Below, in pieces: positions 1-9,561 of a DNA stretch of 64,000 nucleotides; positions within the stretch are counted from its first letter, which is position 1, and each line of letters begins with the position of its first letter. The notes below the pieces were generated by a model, which worked only from the letters and a program-made list of their open reading frames with translations, did not search any database and had not been told where the DNA came from. The position numbers were made by a program, and so were the translations under genes. The DNA comes from Nitrospirota bacterium (GTDB lineage Bacteria; Nitrospirota; JACRHL01): NCBI GenBank assembly GCA_016212085.1, contig JACRHL010000003.1:321178-385177 (forward strand). The letters are read 5' to 3'.

Positions 1-17
1 GCCCGCTCCATTTTGGT

Positions 18-75
18 CTGACCCCGGCGGCCCCGGCGCCATCTTGAGATGGCGCGCCGGGGCCGTTTCGTTTCC
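18..75 (+). terminator. GC-rich stem-loop plus T-rich tract upstream of cobU (possible attenuator or riboswitch expression platform)
   Basis: Imperfect hairpin ccccggcgccatc / ttgag / atggcgcgccgggg followed by gtttcgtttcc. Any aptamer would lie 5' of the window. Confidence 0.25.
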
Positions 76-90
76 GGCGGGAGGGAAATC

Positions 91-627
91 ATGCGCACGT
101 TGGTGTTGGGGGGAACCCGGTCCGGCAAGAGCCTCTATGCGGAATCCCTGCTCGATGGCGCGCCACGGGTGCGCTACGTGGCCACCCTGCGGCCGGACGA
201 TGTGGAGTGCGTGCAGCGCATCCGCCGCCATCGGGAACGCCGCCCGCACGGCTGGGAGCTGGTGGAGGCCGGCCCCCACCTGGGCGCCGCCCTGGACGGC
301 CTGGCGCCCGACACGTCGGTGCTGGTGGACGGCATCACCCTGTGGCTGGCCGCCCTGCTGGACGACGGGGCCGCGGCGGCCAACCCGGAGCCGGCCGTGG
401 AAATGGCGGTGGCCCGGCTGACGGCCCTGCCCAGCGTGGTCATCGTCGCCGACGACGTGGGCGGCGGCCTGGTGCCCGAGAGCGCCCTGGCGCGCCGCTT
501 CCGCGACCTGGCCGGCGAGTTGAACCAGCGCCTGGCCGCCGCCTGCGACCGGGTGGTGCTGGTCACCGCCGGGCTGCCGCTGGTATTGAAGGGGCCGCCG
601 CCCCACACCGCCCACAAGGAGGAATGA
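91..627 (+). CDS. cobU: adenosylcobinamide kinase / adenosylcobinamide-phosphate guanylyltransferase
   Basis: P-loop LVLGGTRSGKS near N-terminus; ATG at 91 preceded by gggaggg; stop overlaps cobT start (ATGA). Confidence 0.85.
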   Translation: MRTLVLGGTRSGKSLYAESLLDGAPRVRYVATLRPDDVECVQRIRRHRERRPHGWELVEAGPHLGAALDGLAPDTSVLVDGITLWLAALLDDGAAAANPEPAVEMAVARLTALPSVVIVADDVGGGLVPESALARRFRDLAGELNQRLAAACDRVVLVTAGLPLVLKGPPPHTAHKEE

Positions 628-1700
628 CCGTGCCGCAACCGCCCGACGGGCTGCTCGCCCGCACCCTGGCCGCCATCACCCCGGTGGGGGACACGTTCAC
701 GCCCCTGGCCGCCGCCCGCCAGAACAGCCTCACCAAGCCGCCCGGCAGCCTGGGGATGCTGGAGCGGCTGGGGAGCCAGGTGTGCCGCATCCAGCGCACC
801 GTCACCCCGTCGGTGGCCAGGAAGACGGTGCTGGTGTTCGCCGCCGACCACGGCGTGGCGCGCGAGGGGGTGAGCGCCTACCCGCCGGAGGTGACGCCGC
901 AGATGGTGCTCAACTTCCTGTCCGGCGGCGCCGCCATCAACGTGCTGGCGCGCCACGCGGGTGCCCGCGTGGTGGTGGTGGACATGGGGGTGGATCACGA
1001 CTTTCCGGCGGACACCAAGGGCCTCACCATCCGCAAGGTCCGCCGCGGCACCGACACCATCACCCGTGGCCCGGCCATGAGCCGCGCCGAGGCCGTGACG
1101 GCGGTGGAGGCGGGCATCGAGGTGGCCGCCGCCGCCATCGCCGACGGGGCCGAGCTGCTCGCCACCGGCGACATGGGCATCGGCAACACCACCCCCAGCG
1201 CCGCCATCACCGCCTGCCTCACCGGCAGGGCGCCGGACCGGGTGACCGGGCGCGGCACCGGCCTGGACGACGCGGGGCTGGCGGCCAAGGTCAAGGCGGT
1301 GGAGCGCGCCTTCGCCGCCAACATCCCGGACCCCACCGATCCGCTGGGGGTGCTGGCGGCCCTGGGCGGCTTCGAGATCGGCGCCATCTGCGGCGCCATG
1401 CTGGGGGCCGCCGCCCTGCGCGTGCCGGTGGTGGTGGACGGTTTCATCTCCGGCGCCGGGGCGCTGCTGGCGGCGGCCCTGAACCCGGACGCGGCGGGCT
1501 ACATGATCGCCGGGCACCGCTCCGTGGAGCCGGGGCATCAGGTCCAGCTCGACCACCTGGGCCTGGCCCCGGTGCTGACCCTGGACATGCGCCTGGGGGA
1601 GGGCAGCGGCGCCGTGCTGGCCATGCACGTGGTGGAGGCGGCGGTGCGCGTCATCAACGAGATGGCCACGTTCGCCGAGGCCGGGGTGAGCGGGCGCTAG
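624..1700 (+). CDS. cobT: nicotinate-nucleotide--dimethylbenzimidazole phosphoribosyltransferase
   Basis: 359-aa ORF with CobT-like motifs (GDMGIGNTT, MRLGEGSGA); translationally coupled to cobU. Confidence 0.9.
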   Translation: MTVPQPPDGLLARTLAAITPVGDTFTPLAAARQNSLTKPPGSLGMLERLGSQVCRIQRTVTPSVARKTVLVFAADHGVAREGVSAYPPEVTPQMVLNFLSGGAAINVLARHAGARVVVVDMGVDHDFPADTKGLTIRKVRRGTDTITRGPAMSRAEAVTAVEAGIEVAAAAIADGAELLATGDMGIGNTTPSAAITACLTGRAPDRVTGRGTGLDDAGLAAKVKAVERAFAANIPDPTDPLGVLAALGGFEIGAICGAMLGAAALRVPVVVDGFISGAGALLAAALNPDAAGYMIAGHRSVEPGHQVQLDHLGLAPVLTLDMRLGEGSGAVLAMHVVEAAVRVINEMATFAEAGVSGR

Positions 1701-1704
1701 CGTC

Positions 1705-2472
1705 ATGGTGATCGCCTTCAGGGATCTGCTGGCGGCGGTGCTGGACGCGCTGCGTTTCCTCACCCGGTTGCCGGTTCCCACCCCCCAACCCGGAGCGGAG
1801 GGGGGGGGCGCCCCGCACCCGTGGACCATGGCCATGTTCCCCGTGGTGGGGCTGTTCCTGGGGGCAATCCTGTGGAGCGCCAGCGCCGTGTTCGAGCGGC
1901 TGCTGCCGCACGGGGTGGTGGACCTGCTGCTGCTGGGATTGCTGGCGCTGCTTTCCGGCGCCATCCACTGGGACGGCCTCATCGACACGGCGGACGCCCT
2001 GGGCGTCCCCGCCGCGCGCCGCGCGGAGGTCCTGCGCGACGTGCACGCCGGCAGTTTCGGGGTGGTGGCGCTGGCGTTCGTGCTGGGCATCCAGTGGGCG
2101 GCGCTGGCCTCCCTGTCCGGCTGGCTGCACGGGGCCGCGCTGCTGCTGTTCCCCCTGTGGGGGCGCTGGCTGATGGTGGCGGTAAGCTGGAACATGGCCG
2201 ACCTGCGCCAGGGCGGCGGACTCGCCGGGGCCTTCCTGAGCCACCTGGACCGCCGCCAGCTGGCGTGGGCCAGCGGCGGCAGCGCCGTGTTGTCGGTGCT
2301 GCTGCTGGGGCTGATCGGCGGTGTGCTGCTGTGCGCCTTGCTGGCCCTGGCCGCGTGGGGGCTGCGGATCGGCTACCGGCGCCTGTTCGGCGGCCTGTCC
2401 GGCGACCCCATCGGCGCCGCCTGCGTGCTGGGCGAGGCGGCCGCGCTGGTGGTACTGGCCGGGCTTGGCTAG
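1705..2472 (+). CDS. cobS: adenosylcobinamide-GDP ribazoletransferase (cobalamin synthase)
   Basis: 255-aa polytopic membrane protein directly after cobT; CobS-like hydrophobic profile; ends with TAG at 2470-2472. Confidence 0.85.
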   Translation: MVIAFRDLLAAVLDALRFLTRLPVPTPQPGAEGGGAPHPWTMAMFPVVGLFLGAILWSASAVFERLLPHGVVDLLLLGLLALLSGAIHWDGLIDTADALGVPAARRAEVLRDVHAGSFGVVALAFVLGIQWAALASLSGWLHGAALLLFPLWGRWLMVAVSWNMADLRQGGGLAGAFLSHLDRRQLAWASGGSAVLSVLLLGLIGGVLLCALLALAAWGLRIGYRRLFGGLSGDPIGAACVLGEAAALVVLAGLG

Positions 2473-2741
2473 GGCCTGTCAGCACAAAGGCAAGGGCGGC
2501 GACGGAACCCATTTTTTTTGCAGACCGAGGCGCGGCGCGCTGGCCGTACCGGCCGTACGGGCAAGCGCTGCAACGCAGGGTTGCGAAAAAATGGGCCGTC
2601 CCTTCGGGTTGCGCCCCGAACGGCCCCATGCCGCGTTGCACGTCGCTCATTTAGCGTAGGCTAAACCACGCTTCCGCGCGCCTTGCCTGGTGCCGTTCGG
2701 GGCGCAACGCCGCGCTTGCCATTTGTGTTGACAGGCCCTAG
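2469..2741. mobile_element. 265-bp inverted-repeat-bounded element (family C) between CTAG duplications
   Basis: Terminal inverted repeats GGCCTGTCAGCACAAAGGCAAG / CTTGCCATTTGTGTTGACAGGCC; flanked by CTAG at 2469-2472 and 2738-2741, which supply the TAG stops of convergent cobS and the deacetylase gene; internal palindromes incl. cccttcggg. Confidence 0.4.
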
Positions 2742-3691
2742 GGCCCTTGGCCGCTCAGGGCGGCCACGTGCGCGTTCACGCTGGCCGCCAGGGCATCCAG
2801 GTCGTACCCCCCCTCCAGTACCGTCACCAGGCGGCCGCCGCACAGGCGGGCGGCCAGGTCGCGCACCAGCAGCGTCATCCGCCCGAAACCGTCCGCGCTC
2901 ACGCGCATGTGCGCCAGGGGGTCGTCAAGGTGGGCGTCGAACCCGGCGGACACCAGGATGAAGTGGGGCCGGAACCGTTCCGCCGCCGGCAGCAGCACCC
3001 GTTCCAGTTCGTTCAGGTAATCCACGTCGCCACACCCCGCGGCCATGGGGCAGTTGACGGTGGTCCCCTCCCCCGCCCCGGCGCCGCGCTCGTCGGCGGC
3101 GCCGCTGCCCGGATAGAACGGATACTGGTGGATGGAGTAGTAGAGCACGCTGGGGTCGGTCCAGAAGGCCGCCTGGGTGCCGTTGCCGTGGTGCACGTCC
3201 CAGTCCACGATCAGCACCCGTTCCAGGCCGTGCCTGCGTTGCAGGTAGCGGGCGCCGATGGCCACGTTGTTGTACAGGCAGAAACCCATGGCACGGTTCG
3301 GCTCCGCGTGGTGGCCGGGCGGCCGCACCAGGCAGAAGGCGTTGTCCAGCTCCCCCGCCACCACCCGGTCGATGGCGGCCAGCACCCCGCCGGCGGCCTT
3401 CCGCGCGGCCTGCCGCGAGCCGGGCGAGACCGGCGTGTCCGGGTCCAGGTAAACGTTGCCACCCCACGCCATGCCCGCCGCCGCCTCGACCCGCGCCAGG
3501 TGCGACGGCGTGTGCACCAGCCCCAGCCAGGCCGCCTCCGCGTCGTACGGGCTGACCGGCGTCAACGCCGGCCGCAGGCCGCTGCGGTCCAGCCCGGCGA
3601 GCACGGCGCGCAGCCGGTCCGGGCACTCCGGGTGCATGGCCCCGGTGTCGTGGTTCAGGTAGGCGGGGTGGTAGACCAGTCCGGTGCGCAT
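2738..3691 (-). CDS. histone deacetylase-family protein (acetoin utilisation AcuC / acetylpolyamine amidohydrolase-like)
   Basis: 317 aa; motifs CLVRPPGHHAE, DWDVHHGNGTQ, SAGFDAH typical of the HDAC/arginase-fold deacetylase family; RBS ggaagg. Confidence 0.85.
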   Translation of the reverse strand: MRTGLVYHPAYLNHDTGAMHPECPDRLRAVLAGLDRSGLRPALTPVSPYDAEAAWLGLVHTPSHLARVEAAAGMAWGGNVYLDPDTPVSPGSRQAARKAAGGVLAAIDRVVAGELDNAFCLVRPPGHHAEPNRAMGFCLYNNVAIGARYLQRRHGLERVLIVDWDVHHGNGTQAAFWTDPSVLYYSIHQYPFYPGSGAADERGAGAGEGTTVNCPMAAGCGDVDYLNELERVLLPAAERFRPHFILVSAGFDAHLDDPLAHMRVSADGFGRMTLLVRDLAARLCGGRLVTVLEGGYDLDALAASVNAHVAALSGQGP

Positions 3692-3765
3692 GACGCCTTC
3701 CTCGTCCGGCGGCCGCCCCCGGCGCCCTTGTGTCCGGGGCGCCGAAGTGGGAGGCTGTTGCGGTG

Positions 3766-4731
3766 ATGGCGCATTCTACACCCGAGCGCGTGCTGGTCGC
3801 CGGCGCGGGCGCCCTGGGCTCCGTGTTCGGCGGCTTCCTGGCCCGGGCCGGGCTGGACGTGACCCTGCTCGGCCGCGCCCCGCTGATGGCCGCCATCGAA
3901 CGGGGCGGGCTGACCGTCACCGGCCTGTGGGGCACCCACCATGTGGACCGCTTGCGGGTGGCCACCGACGCCGCGCACCTCGCCGGCCCGTTCGACACCA
4001 TCCTGCTGTGCGTGAAGTCGTGGGACACGCTGCCCGTCATGCGCGCCCTGGCGCCGCTGTTGGCCGTGGACGGGCTGGCGGTATCGGTGCAGAACGGCCT
4101 GGGCAACGTGGAGGCGCTGGCCGCCGCCGTGGGCCCGGAACGGGCCGCCGGCGCGCGGGTGATCTTTGGCGCCGAGGTCACCGCCCCCGGCCGGGTGGCG
4201 GTGACCGTGTACGCGGCGCCGGTGCTGATCGGCACCCTGGACGGCACGGCCACGCCCGCCCAGCGCGCCCGGATCGACGGGCTGGTGGCGGCCCTGGGCC
4301 GCACCCCCATCCCCACCGAATCCACCCCGCGCCTGCTGCCGGCCCTGTGGGCCAAGGTGCTGTACAACGCGGCCCTCAACCCCCTGGGCGCGCTGCTGGG
4401 CGTGCCCTACGGCGAGCTGGCGGACAGCCCGCACACGCGGGCGGTGATGGACCGGGTGGTGGCGGAGGCGCTCCAGGTGGCGCGGGCGATACCGGTGGGC
4501 CTGCCGTGGGACACGGCGGCGGATTATTTGCAGGTGTTTTACGGCGAGCTGGTGCCGGCCACCGCCCGCCACCGGTCGTCCATGTTGCAGGACCTGGAGC
4601 GCGGCCGGCCCACGGAGGTGGACGCCATCAACGGCCAGGTGGTGGCCGCCGGCACGCGCCTGGGCATCCCCACCCCGGTGAACGCCGCCCTGGCGGACAT
4701 GATCCGCTTCCGCGCCGGAAGGCCCGGCTGA
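3766..4731 (+). CDS. panE: 2-dehydropantoate 2-reductase
   Basis: N-terminal Rossmann motif VLVAGAGALGS; ApbA/PanE-like length; ATG 3766 chosen over upstream GTG 3730. Confidence 0.8.
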   Translation: MAHSTPERVLVAGAGALGSVFGGFLARAGLDVTLLGRAPLMAAIERGGLTVTGLWGTHHVDRLRVATDAAHLAGPFDTILLCVKSWDTLPVMRALAPLLAVDGLAVSVQNGLGNVEALAAAVGPERAAGARVIFGAEVTAPGRVAVTVYAAPVLIGTLDGTATPAQRARIDGLVAALGRTPIPTESTPRLLPALWAKVLYNAALNPLGALLGVPYGELADSPHTRAVMDRVVAEALQVARAIPVGLPWDTAADYLQVFYGELVPATARHRSSMLQDLERGRPTEVDAINGQVVAAGTRLGIPTPVNAALADMIRFRAGRPG

Positions 4732-4737
4732 ACCCCG

Positions 4738-7155
4738 CTACCTGAGGTCGATGTAGTAGACCCGGCCGACACGCCGGAGCAGGAAATCCGAACCCGCCAC
4801 CAGCTCGCCGCCACCGCTCACGTACAGCCGCTTGGCGGGCAGGCCGCCCACGCTGCCCACGCCCACCGCCGCCATGGCGGTGATGCCGTCCACCGCGTTG
4901 TTGGGGAACAGGGGCAGGCGGCCCCAATCGCCAAAGCCGCCGGTGCTCGGGTTGATGCCCAGGTAATACACCTCGCGGTTGCCGCTCACCATGTCATCCC
5001 CCCCCACCACGATCAGCCGGTCGTCGCCGGGGATGTTCACCATGGCGTGGAACTCCAGCGCGCGCGGCAGCGGCGGGCCGGCCATCCAGTCGATGGCAAA
5101 GTCGCCGGTGGCGGGGTTCAGGGTGACGTACCACACCTCGTCCAGCACCTGGTCGGCGGCAAACTCGTCGGCGCCGGCGGAACCGCCGGAGATCACCAGC
5201 CGGTTGCCCACCACCGCCGCGGCGTGCTTGTTGCGCGGGCTGGGCAGGGGCAAGGGCATCTGCGACCAGCCGGTCAGGCGGCCGTCGGGCAGGATCTCGG
5301 CGCGGAAGATCTCCTCCCGGTTGCGCCCCACCTTCTGGCCGTTGCGCTCCGCCCAGCCCCAGCCGCCCAGCACGTACAGCCAGTTGCCGTAGCGCACCAT
5401 GGCGGGGCGGTAGGCGCCGGGCACGTCCACCATGGTCGCGCCACCCGACGGCGCCAGGGACACCGACGGCAGCGGCGGCCCCTCCACCCAGCCATCAACG
5501 CCACCGTTGGCGGGATCCACCCGGGCGATGAGGGTGCGTTCGGAAAAGCGCGTGAGGGTATTGCCGTTGGCCGTCGCACTGCCGCCGTTGATATCGGCCA
5601 CGCCGGTGATGCCCGTGTCGATCTGGGCGTCGATGCCGCCCACCACGTACAGGTGGGTGTCGGTGCCCACCATGGCATGGCCGTGCACCTGGTAGCGCAC
5701 GTAGTAGTCGTGCCGGTTCGGCAGTCCGGTGATGGTGGGGCGGCTGATGCACGCCACCGGAGCACCCGGCTGAAGCTGGGATACATCCGTGCAGCCGGCC
5801 TTCTCGGTGGCGCCGGGCTCGTCCGCCAGGCGCCAGATGGCCATGCAGGCGGGCCAGGTGTCGACCTGGTCGCCGGTGGTGCACGGGTTGAGCACGGTCT
5901 GGTTGACCGCATCGCTCACGTCGGAACGGTCCCAGGAGCGGAACAGCGGGTCGGAACTGAAGATATCGGGCTGATTGGTGGCCATGTGAGCGCGGGCGAC
6001 CTGCTCCTTGGGGCCGCCGTTGCCGTAGCCGCCGGTGTAGAACAGGTGGTCGCCCACGGCGGCCATGGCGTGCTGGGCGGTGGCGTCGGGCATGATCGGC
6101 TTCCCCGCCAGGTCCTTCGCCTCGTTCCACGGGCTGGACACGGTGGGGTCGTAGCGCAGCACGGTCACCAAGACCGCTGGACCGATGTATGTCTGCCCCA
6201 GGTAGGTGGCCCGGGCGGTCACGTTCAGCCTGCCCTCCGCCACGCCGGTGAGCGTGACCCGGCCGGAATCGAGGGGGTCCACATCCAGGGTGACGAGGCC
6301 GGCAGGGCTGGCCACCCACTGCACGTCGGCGGGCAGCACCTGGCCGGTTTCCAGGCTCTTCAAGCGGGCGAACAGGTCGCGCGTCTCGCCGGCGATCATG
6401 GTTGCCGAGGTGGCCGACATCTGCACCTCGGGGGGCGGCGGCGAACTGCCGTTCACCCCGCGCACGATCAGCTGCACCGCGACCCGGGAATTGGCGGTGC
6501 CGGCACCCATCGGCGCCACGGTGATGGTGGCGATGCCGGCGCTGACGCCGCTGATCAGCCCCGATTGATCCAGGATGCTCGCGATGTTGGAGTGGGAGCT
6601 GGCCCACGACAGGGGCACCTCCGGGATCACCTGGCCGGACTGGTTGTACGCGGTGGCGGTCATCTGGATGCGATAGCCCTCGGCCACGATCGGCTGCGGC
6701 GGAAACACGCTCACTGTGGCCACCGCGCGGTCCGATGTGGTGCCGCCCGTGAAGGTGACGGTCGACACGCCCGGGGCCACCGCCACGGGGGCGGAGCGCG
6801 CCTTGGCCTGGCCGGTGATGCCGGAGAGGCTTGCGCTGACGGTCACCGTGCCGACGGTGCTGGGGCTGGTGGAACGCAGACGGCCCTGGTTGTCGACGGT
6901 GGCCAGCAGGGTGTCCGACGATTGCCAACCGAAGGTGGCGCCGGAGACCGCGTCACCGCAGGCGTTGTAGGCCTGGGCGGTCATCTGGAACGGGGCGCTG
7001 CTGGGCACCACCACCGGGTCGTGCGGGTACACGCGCACCTCGGCCACGTCGGTGCTGACGGAGCACGCCTGCAACCCGTCGATGTTGCCGAAGCCGTCCC
7101 CACAGGCGGCCAGCGGCAGCAGAGTTCCCAATATCAGTAAACGGCGTAACAACAT
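4738..7155 (-). CDS. large lipoprotein with Ig-like (BIG2-type) domains and Kelch/beta-propeller repeats
   Basis: Signal peptide plus lipobox (LLPLAACG); repeated Ig-like segments; several GG-rich propeller-like repeats (VVGG, VLGGWG, VISGG). Start ATG 7155 (alternative GTG 7179). Confidence 0.7.
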   Translation of the reverse strand: MLLRRLLILGTLLPLAACGDGFGNIDGLQACSVSTDVAEVRVYPHDPVVVPSSAPFQMTAQAYNACGDAVSGATFGWQSSDTLLATVDNQGRLRSTSPSTVGTVTVSASLSGITGQAKARSAPVAVAPGVSTVTFTGGTTSDRAVATVSVFPPQPIVAEGYRIQMTATAYNQSGQVIPEVPLSWASSHSNIASILDQSGLISGVSAGIATITVAPMGAGTANSRVAVQLIVRGVNGSSPPPPEVQMSATSATMIAGETRDLFARLKSLETGQVLPADVQWVASPAGLVTLDVDPLDSGRVTLTGVAEGRLNVTARATYLGQTYIGPAVLVTVLRYDPTVSSPWNEAKDLAGKPIMPDATAQHAMAAVGDHLFYTGGYGNGGPKEQVARAHMATNQPDIFSSDPLFRSWDRSDVSDAVNQTVLNPCTTGDQVDTWPACMAIWRLADEPGATEKAGCTDVSQLQPGAPVACISRPTITGLPNRHDYYVRYQVHGHAMVGTDTHLYVVGGIDAQIDTGITGVADINGGSATANGNTLTRFSERTLIARVDPANGGVDGWVEGPPLPSVSLAPSGGATMVDVPGAYRPAMVRYGNWLYVLGGWGWAERNGQKVGRNREEIFRAEILPDGRLTGWSQMPLPLPSPRNKHAAAVVGNRLVISGGSAGADEFAADQVLDEVWYVTLNPATGDFAIDWMAGPPLPRALEFHAMVNIPGDDRLIVVGGDDMVSGNREVYYLGINPSTGGFGDWGRLPLFPNNAVDGITAMAAVGVGSVGGLPAKRLYVSGGGELVAGSDFLLRRVGRVYYIDLR

Positions 7156-7273
7156 GAAGAAACAGGCGCACCCTTGCACCGACGCGCGGCCCGGAAACCC
7201 GCGTTACGGCGTTCGCTTTCCCCGACGACGGGAATTTACAGCAATTTCCGCGCCAGCGTGGTCCGGCGGGCCG

Positions 7274-7987
7274 TCACGGCGCGCGGCGCGGCAGGTCGGC
7301 GCCGAAGTGGCGGCGCAGATAGCCCTGCGCCAGCGCCGCCAGGCGGCGCGCCGAATCCGGCGCGAGCGAGCGCCAGGCGCCGTCCTCCAGGGCGGCGGCG
7401 CACAGGGCGGCATGCCCCCGGGGGGGCATCGCCAGGTCGCCATCCGCCCGGCACAGGGCGCACACCATGCCCCCCGGCAGCATGCGGAATCCCGTCAGAT
7501 CGCCAGGAGTCCGGCACGCCACGCAGCACCCCAGCTCCGGCGCCACGCCGGCCACGAGGGTGAGCCGCCACAGGAAGCGCGCCACCACCGGGGCCACCGC
7601 ATCGGCGGGGCGCGCCAGCCCCACCAGGGTGTGGTGCAGCAGGCGGTACAGAACCCGGCCGTCCCCCTCGCGGCCCAGGGCACCCGCCCAGGCGCACACC
7701 AGCCCGGCCCCCAGCATGCTGGGCAGGTCGGCCCGCAGGGCGGGCAGGTCGCGCACCCGGTCCGCCGCCTCCACCCGGTACAGCCCGTCGCCCCGCCCAG
7801 GCGCCAGCACCACCCGGCACACGCCGAACGGTTCCAGGGCGCCGCCCAGGGGCCCGCGCGGCAGGCAGACGCCGCGCGCCACCGCGCGCATGCGCCCGTG
7901 GGCCGGGGTGATCAGCGTCACCAGCCGGTCGGCGCCGGACAGGTGGCGCTGGCCCACGTTGATGGCGGCGGTGTCGATCCAGGTCAT
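7274..7987 (-). CDS. recO: DNA repair protein RecO
   Basis: 237 aa; C-terminal zinc-finger-like CxxC...CxxC (CCVACRTPG...CALCRADG); position downstream of era region. Confidence 0.75.
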   Translation of the reverse strand: MTWIDTAAINVGQRHLSGADRLVTLITPAHGRMRAVARGVCLPRGPLGGALEPFGVCRVVLAPGRGDGLYRVEAADRVRDLPALRADLPSMLGAGLVCAWAGALGREGDGRVLYRLLHHTLVGLARPADAVAPVVARFLWRLTLVAGVAPELGCCVACRTPGDLTGFRMLPGGMVCALCRADGDLAMPPRGHAALCAAALEDGAWRSLAPDSARRLAALAQGYLRRHFGADLPRRAP

Positions 7988-7994
7988 GCCCGCG

Positions 7995-9386
7995 TCACGG
8001 GGCCGGGGGCGCGCCGTGCCGGACCAGCATGAGGGTGGCCATGCCCAGGTAGATGATCAGGCCGGTCAGATCGTTGATGGTGGTCACCAGGGGGCCGGAG
8101 GAGATGGCCGGGTCGATGCGCAGGCGCTGGAACAGCACCGGGGCCAGGGTGCCGGTGATCACCGCCACGCAGCTCGCGGAAAACAGCGACAGCCCCACCA
8201 CCGCGCCCAGCCACGGGTTGTGCCAGAGCAGGGCCACGCCCCCCACCAGGGTGCCGCACGTCAGCCCCACCAGCGCCCCCACGCGCAGCTCGCGCAGGAA
8301 CACACGGCGCACGTCGCTCGGCTCGATGGCGCCGGTGGCCAGGCCACGCACCACGATGGTGGACGACTGCAACCCCAGGCTGCCGCCCAGGGCCATGCTG
8401 ACCGGGATGAACGCCGCCAGCACCAGCATCGCCTCCAGGGTTCCCGAAAAATGCGTCAGCAGCGCGGCGCCGGCGATGCCGCCGGCCACGTTCACCAGCA
8501 GCCACGGCATGCGCAGGCGGTAGGCGCGCAGGCTGCCCACCGACAGGATGTACTGCCCCTCGCCGCCGGTGCCGGACATCTTGAGCATGTCCTCCGTGGC
8601 CTCCTCGCGGATCACGTCGATCACGTCGTCCACGGTGATGATGCCCACCAGCCGATCGTCCGGGTCCACCACCGGCACCGCCAGCAGGTTGTAGCGGGCG
8701 GTGAGGCGCGCCACCGCCTCCTGGTCCATGAACACCCCGGCCTTGATCACCGGCGCGTGCATGATGTCGCCCAGGCGCGCCGACGGCGGCACGGTGAGCA
8801 GGTCGCGCAGCGACAGCACCCCCTTCAGCACCCCGCCCGCGTCCACCACGTACAGGTAGAACACCATCTCCGCGTCGGCGGCGTGCTCCTGGAGGTAGCT
8901 GATGACCGTCTGCGCGTCCGTGTCCTCGGGGAAGGCCAGGAACTGGGGGGTCATGATGCCGCCGGCGGTCTCCGCCGGGTAGCCCATCAGGTCGGCCACG
9001 CCGCCAGAGTGCTCCTCGGACATCTCCTCCAGCAGGTATGTGGCCATGTCCGCCGGCAGCAGGCCCATGAGGTCGGCGGCGTCGTCCGTGTCCAACCCGT
9101 GGAGGATGTCGATCTGCTCGGCGCGCGTCAGCTCGGTGAACACGGCCACGGCGGAGTTCGGGTCCAGCTCGCTGATCACCCCGGCGCGGCGCTCGGCTCC
9201 GGCCACCAGGCCGAACACGATGCGCTTCTCCGACGGGTCGTCCAGGTGGCGGAGGGCCTTGGCCACCTCCACCGGGTACATCTTGTTGACCATCTTGGTC
9301 AGGTTGCGCACGGCGCCGCGCCGCAGCAGGCGGTGCACGGCGTCCAGGATCAGGACGTTGCGCTGGGACAGCTCGTTGACGGACAC
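7995..9386 (-). CDS. mgtE: magnesium transporter MgtE
   Basis: N-terminal cytosolic domain, tandem CBS-like region and C-terminal TM domain; GTG start at 9386 with GGGGG 5 nt upstream (track ORF starts further upstream in GC-noise). Confidence 0.8.
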   Translation of the reverse strand: MSVNELSQRNVLILDAVHRLLRRGAVRNLTKMVNKMYPVEVAKALRHLDDPSEKRIVFGLVAGAERRAGVISELDPNSAVAVFTELTRAEQIDILHGLDTDDAADLMGLLPADMATYLLEEMSEEHSGGVADLMGYPAETAGGIMTPQFLAFPEDTDAQTVISYLQEHAADAEMVFYLYVVDAGGVLKGVLSLRDLLTVPPSARLGDIMHAPVIKAGVFMDQEAVARLTARYNLLAVPVVDPDDRLVGIITVDDVIDVIREEATEDMLKMSGTGGEGQYILSVGSLRAYRLRMPWLLVNVAGGIAGAALLTHFSGTLEAMLVLAAFIPVSMALGGSLGLQSSTIVVRGLATGAIEPSDVRRVFLRELRVGALVGLTCGTLVGGVALLWHNPWLGAVVGLSLFSASCVAVITGTLAPVLFQRLRIDPAISSGPLVTTINDLTGLIIYLGMATLMLVRHGAPPAP

Positions 9387-9561
9387 GGAACCCCCAATGG
9401 GTGTTTCCAGGGTGAAAAAAAGCCGTGCTCCCCCTCCCCCGGCACAAGGATGTGTCCGGGGGCGTGAGGAAGGCAAGCGCGCCGGGGCCGGCCCGGAAAC
9501 CGCGCGCGCCGTGATGTCACACCGGCGTGGGCCCGCAAAGGCCCCCCCGCCGGGGAGGATG

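Noticed and set aside
174-2195. 673-aa ORF on the minus strand
   Set aside because: Antisense to cobU/cobT/cobS; low-complexity Ala/Arg/Gly/Pro-rich translation typical of spurious open frames in ~70% GC DNA.
5047-7140. 697-aa ORF on the plus strand
   Set aside because: Antisense to the well-supported Ig/Kelch lipoprotein gene; translation is Gly/Arg/His-rich with no motifs.
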